Of a stretch of 64,000 nt of DNA, positions 58,051-64,000 are shown in pieces (within the stretch, counting starts at the first letter, position 1; each line of letters opens with the position of its first letter). A model generated the notes under the pieces. The model did no database searches, was not told the origin of the DNA, and saw only the letters and a list, made by a program, of their open reading frames with translations. The stretch covers positions 698 to 64,697 of the forward strand of contig JACWDT010000006.1 of assembly GCA_014653985.1 (NCBI GenBank). The letters run 5' to 3'. A program made the translations under genes and the position numbers. The stretch is from Pelagibacterales bacterium SAG-MED22 (GTDB lineage: Bacteria; Pseudomonadota; Alphaproteobacteria; Pelagibacterales; Pelagibacteraceae).

Positions 58051-59427
58051 TCTTTTTTTTACTTCTTCTTTTCCAAGTGAAATAATTATATCGTATATTC
58101 CAGGTCCAAATTTTGAGCCAGTTAAAGCTACTCTCAGGGGCTGTCCAACCCCTTTAAAATTTGTTCCATTTGATTGAATAAGTTCGTTTACAACTGGTTC
58201 CAATGTTTCTTTACTTAATATATTAACTTTATTTAAATTCTCATTAAAAACAGAAATAATTCTTTTTGCTTTAACGTCAATTAATTTTAAATCTTCTTGA
58301 TTAAAATTAACTTCATCTTTCAATATATATTGAGCATTATTAAATATATCTTCTAATGTTTTTGCCTTATTTTTTAAAAATGAAAGTGAATTTTTTATTT
58401 TTTCCTCTTTTTCAGGTTTAATTTTTTCTTTGTAAATCCCACAATATTCAATCAAGCTTTTGAAAAGCTGTTGTTCATCAATAGTTTTAATATAGTGCTC
58501 GTTCACTGACAAAATACGGCTCATATCAAGTTTTGAAGGTGACTTTCCAATTCCCTCTAAATTAAAATATTTAATACTTTCATCTAAGGTAAATATTTCT
58601 TTATCTTGATAGGACCAACCTAGTCTTAACAAGTAGTTTCTTAAAGCATCTGGCATAATTCCAATTTTTGAATAGTCATCCAATGTAGAAGCATTATCTC
58701 TTTTAGATAGCTTTTTACCCTCAATTGTATGGATTAAAGGTATATGTGCAAAACTTGGAACTTCCCAACCCATAGCCAGATAAATCTGAATTTGTTTAAA
58801 AGTATTTATTTTATGATCATCACCTCTAATAATGTGAGTCATTCCCATCTGATGATCATCCACAGTTGCTGAAAGGTTATATGTTGGAGTTCCGTCATTT
58901 CTTAATATAATAAAATCCTCTATTGTATTATTTTCAATTTCTACATCACCTTGTACCAAGTCTTTTAATATAGAGCTTCCTTCAATTTTACTCTTAAATC
59001 TAATTACAGGCTTAATATTTTCTGGCGCGTCTTTTTCATCTGCATCTCTCCATTTTCTATTATAGATATAAGGTAGTTTTTTTTGTTTAGCTCTCTTTTT
59101 TTGTTCTTCTATTTCTTCACTAGAACAATAACACTTGTAAGCACTTCCATTTTTTAATAATTCATTTGCAACTTTAATATGATCTTCAACTTTATTTGAT
59201 TGAATATATTCATCTCCATCGTGTTCAATTCCTATCCATTTTAAAGAATTTACAATTTGAATTCTGTGCTCTTCTTTAGATCTTTCTTTGTCAGTGTCTT
59301 CAATTCTAAGGTGAAATGTACCTTTTTGATTTTTTGAGTATAGCCAATTAAATAAAGCAGTTCTCACACCTCCAATATGAAGAGGTCCAGTAGGTGAGGG
59401 AGCAAAACGAGTTGCTACTTTTGACAT
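58027..59427 (-). CDS. gltX: Glutamate-tRNA ligase
   Basis: RFAPSPTG.LHIGG (HIGH), IIRGDDH, KKLSKR (KMSKS). ATG start at 59427. Confidence 0.97.
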   Translation of the reverse strand: MSKVATRFAPSPTGPLHIGGVRTALFNWLYSKNQKGTFHLRIEDTDKERSKEEHRIQIVNSLKWIGIEHDGDEYIQSNKVEDHIKVANELLKNGSAYKCYCSSEEIEEQKKRAKQKKLPYIYNRKWRDADEKDAPENIKPVIRFKSKIEGSSILKDLVQGDVEIENNTIEDFIILRNDGTPTYNLSATVDDHQMGMTHIIRGDDHKINTFKQIQIYLAMGWEVPSFAHIPLIHTIEGKKLSKRDNASTLDDYSKIGIMPDALRNYLLRLGWSYQDKEIFTLDESIKYFNLEGIGKSPSKLDMSRILSVNEHYIKTIDEQQLFKSLIEYCGIYKEKIKPEKEEKIKNSLSFLKNKAKTLEDIFNNAQYILKDEVNFNQEDLKLIDVKAKRIISVFNENLNKVNILSKETLEPVVNELIQSNGTNFKGVGQPLRVALTGSKFGPGIYDIIISLGKEEVKKRLTNKKLT

Positions 59428-59449
59428 CAATGATGTTTAGACTATTTTT

Positions 59450-60127
59450 TTAGAAGTTTCTATATAAAGATACTAAAACACCCTGAACTTTAACTCTATC
59501 AGGTCCAAAAATTTTAGTTTCGTAGTTTCTGTTTGCACTTTCTAAAGCTACAACTTTACCTTTTTTACGAATTCTTTTAAGCATTGCTTCATGTTCATCA
59601 ATTAAAGCGACTACAATCTTTCCATTGTCTGCAGTATCTGTTCTTCTGATAATTACTGTATCTCCTTCGTGGATACCAGCTTCTAACATAGAATCACCTT
59701 GAACTTTTAAACCAAAGTAATCTCCATTTTTTTCGAGATTATTTGGTAAAGGTATTCTAGCAACTTCATTTTGGATTGCTTCAACAGGTGTTCCAGCAGC
59801 GATTTTACCAAGAACTGGCACTTCTACTTCATCAGATGGTACTTGCTCTTCGTCTAAACCACCTTTTATAACGCTTGGGGAAAAGTTGTTGTAAATATCA
59901 TTTGCAGAAGCTGTTTCAGGAAGTTTTATTACCTCTAAGGCTCTAGCTTTATGAGCAAGTCTTTTAATAAAACCTCTTTCTTCTAAAGCACTTATCAATC
60001 TGTGTATTCCTGACTTGGATTTTAAATTGAGAGATTGTTTCATCTCTTCATATGAAGGAGAAACACCAGAGCTTCTCAACTTCTTGTTGATAAATAAAAG
60101 TAAGTTTTTTTGTTTTTTTGTAAGCAT
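59450..60127 (-). CDS. lexA: LexA repressor
   Basis: MLTKKQ..LL HTH with SPSYEEM, IAAG cleavage site, V.GDSM (Ser), LKRI (Lys). Confidence 0.97.
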   Translation of the reverse strand: MLTKKQKNLLLFINKKLRSSGVSPSYEEMKQSLNLKSKSGIHRLISALEERGFIKRLAHKARALEVIKLPETASANDIYNNFSPSVIKGGLDEEQVPSDEVEVPVLGKIAAGTPVEAIQNEVARIPLPNNLEKNGDYFGLKVQGDSMLEAGIHEGDTVIIRRTDTADNGKIVVALIDEHEAMLKRIRKKGKVVALESANRNYETKIFGPDRVKVQGVLVSLYRNF

Positions 60128-60129
60128 AA

Positions 60130-60166
60130 GAACAAATATCGTACAAATAATGTTCTATAAAAGTTC
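60130..60166. promoter_or_regulatory. Alphaproteobacterial SOS (LexA) boxes upstream of lexA
   Basis: GAAC(60130)-N7-GTAC(60141)-N7-GTTC(60152)-N7-GTTC(60163). Includes a perfect GTTC-N7-GTTC direct repeat. Confidence 0.88.
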
Positions 60167-60215
60167 TTTTAATTTAACAACATTAAAAAAACCAACAAAA
60201 TAGGGGTTTAATTGA

Positions 60216-61007
60216 CTATAAAACTGAAAAAATAGAATTTTTATCCAAATTCTTCAAAAGTGATTCACCGATTAAAAAAGTATTAATAGATGTTTTGTTT
60301 TTTAAATCCAAAAGTTCTTCTTTAGTTTTAATTCCACTCTCTGAAATCAAAGGTCCATCATGATTAGTTAATACATTATAGATATCATAAGTTGTATTTA
60401 TGTCTGTTTTAAGAGTTTTTAAATTTCTATTATTTATTCCAATTAAAGCCTCTTTGAAGTTTAGAGCTTTTTTAGCTTCATCAACCGTATGAACCTCTAC
60501 AACTACTGACATTTTATACTTTAATGCCTCTTCGTATAAATCATTTGCTAGATTATCTGATACACCAGCTAAAATAATTAAAATTGCATCAGCCCCATAA
60601 CTTTTAGCTAAGGGTATTTGAAACTTATCTATAAAGAAATCTTTACATAAAATAGGCAGGTTTATTTTTTCTTTTATCTTACTAATATGTATCAGGTTCC
60701 CTAAAAAATAATCTTCTTCAGTAAGAACAGATAAACAGGTTACATTATTAGAGTTGTATATTTTAGCGATTTCTACTGGATTATAATTTTGGATAATTAT
60801 ACCTGCAGAGGGGCTAGCTTTTTTTATTTCAGCAATAATTGAAGTTTTATTATTTAATAAATTCGATTGAATTTTTTCCTTAAAATTAATGAAAGAATTA
60901 TTTTTATCAATAATATCTATTAGAGTATTTAAATTTGTTGATTTTTTTAAAATATCTATTTTTTCTATTTTTTTTTTAATTATTTCTTTAAGAATATTTT
61001 TAGACAT
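60216..61007 (-). CDS. trpC: Indole-3-glycerol phosphate synthase
   Basis: IIAEIKKASPSAG, LSVLTE, LCKDF, GINNRNL, SESGI, LIGESL. Confidence 0.97.
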   Translation of the reverse strand: MSKNILKEIIKKKIEKIDILKKSTNLNTLIDIIDKNNSFINFKEKIQSNLLNNKTSIIAEIKKASPSAGIIIQNYNPVEIAKIYNSNNVTCLSVLTEEDYFLGNLIHISKIKEKINLPILCKDFFIDKFQIPLAKSYGADAILIILAGVSDNLANDLYEEALKYKMSVVVEVHTVDEAKKALNFKEALIGINNRNLKTLKTDINTTYDIYNVLTNHDGPLISESGIKTKEELLDLKNKTSINTFLIGESLLKNLDKNSIFSVL

Positions 61008-61992
61008 TTTGTATTTTTTTTAAATGAATAAATGATTTTCCTGATAAAATAAATTCTCTGCTATAATTGTAAGCATCTAAAAATTCTGAATATTTTTCAT
61101 TTACAATTAAACCTGCTGCTGCGTTTAAACAAACTGCTTTTGAAAAATCATTGTCTTTACCTTTAAAAATTTCAATCATTTTATTTGCGTTATATTTAGC
61201 ATCATCACCAATTAAATATTCAAATTTCTCCGCATTAATGTTTAACTCTTTAGGATCAATAACAATTTCAGATATCTCCCCATTCTTTAATTGTATTACA
61301 TTTGTCTTTGCATAAGGTGAAATTTCATCTAGTCCATCTTCGCTATTCACAATCCATGCAAATTTAATATTTAAATTTTTAAGCCCTTCAGCAAAAATCT
61401 TGAGTAATTTTTTATCAAAAACACCGACAACTTGTCTATCTACTAAAGCAGGGTTACTTAATGGACCAATCATATTGAATATTGTCCTTTTACCTATTTT
61501 TTTTCTCACAGGCCCAACAAATCTCATTGCACTATGATAATTAGGAGCAAACATAAAGCCAAAGTTGTTATCATTGATCTCTTTTTCTATATCACTTGGC
61601 TCAAGATCTATTTTAATATTAAGCGCTTCAAGAACATCTCCTGAACCGCACTTAGAAGAAACTGCTTTATTACCGTGTTTAGCAACCTTAGTGCCCATAC
61701 TAGCTAAAAGTAAAGCTGATGCCGTTGAAATATTTAAGGTATTCATGCCATCACCTCCGGTTCCACAAGTATCAACACAGTCTTTAACTTTTACTCTTTT
61801 TGACTTTTCCCGAAGCACATAAACACCACCAGCAATTTCGTCTGATACTTCACCTTTGTCTGATAATAAGGTTAAAAAATCATAAATTTGATCTTCATTA
61901 GCTTGTCCAGTCATAAGTAATTCAAAAGCAGATTTACTTTCCTCAAAAGAAAGATCTTTCTTATTTCTTAATTTTTCTAAAATTTGATCCAT
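61000..61992 (-). CDS. trpD: Anthranilate phosphoribosyltransferase
   Basis: DTCGTGGDG, KHGNKAVSS..GSGDVL, RTIFN..GPL.NP, GLDEIS. Confidence 0.97.
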   Translation of the reverse strand: MDQILEKLRNKKDLSFEESKSAFELLMTGQANEDQIYDFLTLLSDKGEVSDEIAGGVYVLREKSKRVKVKDCVDTCGTGGDGMNTLNISTASALLLASMGTKVAKHGNKAVSSKCGSGDVLEALNIKIDLEPSDIEKEINDNNFGFMFAPNYHSAMRFVGPVRKKIGKRTIFNMIGPLSNPALVDRQVVGVFDKKLLKIFAEGLKNLNIKFAWIVNSEDGLDEISPYAKTNVIQLKNGEISEIVIDPKELNINAEKFEYLIGDDAKYNANKMIEIFKGKDNDFSKAVCLNAAAGLIVNEKYSEFLDAYNYSREFILSGKSFIHLKKIQNV

Positions 61993-61996
61993 TTAA

Positions 61997-62563
61997 TTAA
62001 TAATTAACAAAATTTTTTAATATTTTTATTCCCAGTTTAGTTTTAATACTTTCCGGATGAAATTGTACACCATGAATATTATACACTTTATGTTGCACAC
62101 CCATTATCAGGCCATCTTCAGTTTCTGCTGTAATTTCTAAACTATCAGATAAAGTTTTCTTATCAATTATCAGACTGTGATATCTAGTAGCTTCAAAAAT
62201 TATTGGTAAATTTTTTAAAATTCCAATTTTTTTTGATTTAATTTTACTTATTTTTCCATGCATAAGCTTTTTTGCTTGAATGATCCTTGACCCAAATACT
62301 TGTCCTATAATTTGATGACCTAGACATACTCCTAAAAAAGGTATTTCTTTATGAAGAGATTTTAAAATATTTATACAATTTCCTGATTGACTTGGACTTC
62401 CTGGTCCTGGAGATATAACAATTTTATTATATTTATTTTTCTTAATATCTTTAGCTGTTATTTTGTCATTTCTAACGACATCTACTTTAACACCTAGTGA
62501 TGATATGTAATGATACAAGTTAAATGTAAAACTATCGTAATTATCTATCAGTAATACTTTCAT
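61997..62563 (-). CDS. trpG: Anthranilate synthase component II (glutamine amidotransferase)
   Basis: IDNYDSFT.NL, ISPGPG, LGVCLGHQ, RYHSL, QFHPES. Confidence 0.96.
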   Translation of the reverse strand: MKVLLIDNYDSFTFNLYHYISSLGVKVDVVRNDKITAKDIKKNKYNKIVISPGPGSPSQSGNCINILKSLHKEIPFLGVCLGHQIIGQVFGSRIIQAKKLMHGKISKIKSKKIGILKNLPIIFEATRYHSLIIDKKTLSDSLEITAETEDGLIMGVQHKVYNIHGVQFHPESIKTKLGIKILKNFVNY

Positions 62564-64000
62564 TATCTTAAAGCATTAATTAAAGCCTTAGCTTTATTAA
62601 CAGTCTCCTCATATTCATTTGTAGGTTTACTATCAGCAACAATTCCTGCACCAGCTTGTACATAGAATTTTTTATTTTTGGCAACAGCTGTTCTTAAAGC
62701 AATACAGGTATCAAATTCACCATTTGCAGAAAAATAACCTATGCCGCCTGCATAAACCTTTCTTCTCGTCGTTTCTAATTCATCAATAATTTCCATAGCT
62801 CTTATTTTTGGAGCACCAGACACTGTTCCAGCAGGAAATCCAGCTAGTAAGGATTTAAACTTAGAGAACTTTTTATTATAATCACCAATTACATTAGATA
62901 CTATATGCATCACATGTGAATATCTCTCTATAATAAAGCTCTCAGTTACTTTGACAGAATTTACTTTTGATACTTTACCGGCATCATTTCTCCCTAAATC
63001 TAAAAGCATTAAATGCTCTGAGAGTTCTTTTTTATCTTTTAATAAATCTTTCTCATAATAAATGTCTTCTTTTAATGTTTTACCTCTTGGCCTAGTTCCA
63101 GCAATTGGTCTTACAGTAATTTTATTGTCTCTTAATCTCACTAATATTTCTGGACTAGCACCAATTATTTGAAAATCATTAAAATTAAAGAAAAACATAA
63201 AAGGAGAGGGGTTAGTCACTCTAAGTTTTTTGTAAATATCTATTGGTTTTTTTGTTAATTTAGCCTCAAATCTTTGACTTAAAACCACCTGAAAAATATC
63301 ACCAATTTTGATGTATTTTTTTGCCTTATTAACCATATTTAAAAATTTACTTTTAGAAGTGTTGGATTTAACTTTGATATTATTTAATTTTGCTTTTAGC
63401 GGTTTATTTAAATTTTTAATAGAAGATTGAATTAATAATTTAAAAAGATCAGATTTAATCTCATTAAATTTATTTTCATAGTTAGTTATTTTTTCATCTT
63501 TAAAAATATTACTTATATAAAATATTTCTTTTTTTAAATTATCATGAATAATTAATGTTCTAGGACGTAGAAGTCTAACATCTGGAATATTTAAATCATT
63601 TTTGCAACTATTTGGTATCTTTTCAATATATCTAATAGAGTCGTAAGAAAAGTATCCAGAAATTAATGAGCATATTTTTGGTAAATTTTTTGGGGTCTCA
63701 AATTTAAACTCCTCTATTATTTTCTCTATTAATTGATCTGGCTTATCCTTCAGTTTTATCTTTTTATTATTTTTGATTAGATAAGAACTTTGATTGTTAA
63801 ACTCCCAAATTTTATCAGGGTTTTTCCCAAATATTGTGTATCTTCCTTTGATTTTACCTTTTTCAACAGACTCAAATATAAAACTATTTTTTTCGTCTAA
63901 AAAATTATCAATTAAATTTAATATTTCTTCATCGTTCTCAACTTTTTTCGACGTATATATTATTTGATTTTTTTTGCTTCTATGTCGAAACTTGAAGTCC
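62563..64000 (-). CDS. trpE: Anthranilate synthase component I (5' end beyond window)
   Basis: Frame stays open to the window edge (DFKFRHR..FIFESVEKGKIKGRYTIFG). GDIFQVVLSQR, PIAGTRPRG, EHLMLLDLGRND, AGTVSGAPK. Confidence 0.96.
   Translation of the reverse strand, partial: DFKFRHRSKKNQIIYTSKKVENDEEILNLIDNFLDEKNSFIFESVEKGKIKGRYTIFGKNPDKIWEFNNQSSYLIKNNKKIKLKDKPDQLIEKIIEEFKFETPKNLPKICSLISGYFSYDSIRYIEKIPNSCKNDLNIPDVRLLRPRTLIIHDNLKKEIFYISNIFKDEKITNYENKFNEIKSDLFKLLIQSSIKNLNKPLKAKLNNIKVKSNTSKSKFLNMVNKAKKYIKIGDIFQVVLSQRFEAKLTKKPIDIYKKLRVTNPSPFMFFFNFNDFQIIGASPEILVRLRDNKITVRPIAGTRPRGKTLKEDIYYEKDLLKDKKELSEHLMLLDLGRNDAGKVSKVNSVKVTESFIIERYSHVMHIVSNVIGDYNKKFSKFKSLLAGFPAGTVSGAPKIRAMEIIDELETTRRKVYAGGIGYFSANGEFDTCIALRTAVAKNKKFYVQAGAGIVADSKPTNEYEETVNKAKALINALR

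Noticed and set aside
60015-60203. 62-aa plus-strand ORF over the lexA start
   Set aside because: It is antisense to lexA and spans the SOS boxes, with no coding signal.
62563-63336. Apparent truncated 257-aa trpE
   Set aside because: The frame is open to the window edge with N-terminal TrpE motifs, so it is not a pseudogene.

Overview
AT-rich, densely packed alphaproteobacterial chromosome segment. Tiny or overlapping intergenic spaces, Lys/Ile/Asn-rich proteins and gene order point to SAR11 / Candidatus Pelagibacter (inferred, not database-checked). About 1-12.6 kb is an accessory catabolic/transport block: PhyH-type 2-oxoglutarate dioxygenase (partial), Baeyer-Villiger monooxygenase, exported FKBP-rhodanese fusion, SDR, ALDH, 3-hydroxyisobutyrate dehydrogenase, a TRAP transporter, EamA, an NCS1 permease and a Zn-dehydrogenase. 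About 12.6-16 kb holds small accessory genes, including several ORFs under 60 aa missed by the ORF track. About 16-64 kb is core: tRNA-Leu-tig-clpP-clpX-lon, tRNA-Val/Asp, nuoA-N, birA-coaX-rnj-DUF1467-proS-lolCD-dnaE, rpsB-tsf-frr-uppS-cdsA-dxr-bamA-skp-fabZ-lpxD-lpxA-lpxI-lpxB, and on the minus strand trpE-trpG-trpD-trpC-lexA-gltX. No CRISPR, IS, integrase or prophage was seen. Best leads: the uncharacterised oxidative catabolic cluster, a trigger factor with a His-rich plus histone-like tail, clean absence of pyrH and rseP from their canonical positions, unannotated small proteins, and several operator or leaderless-promoter signatures.
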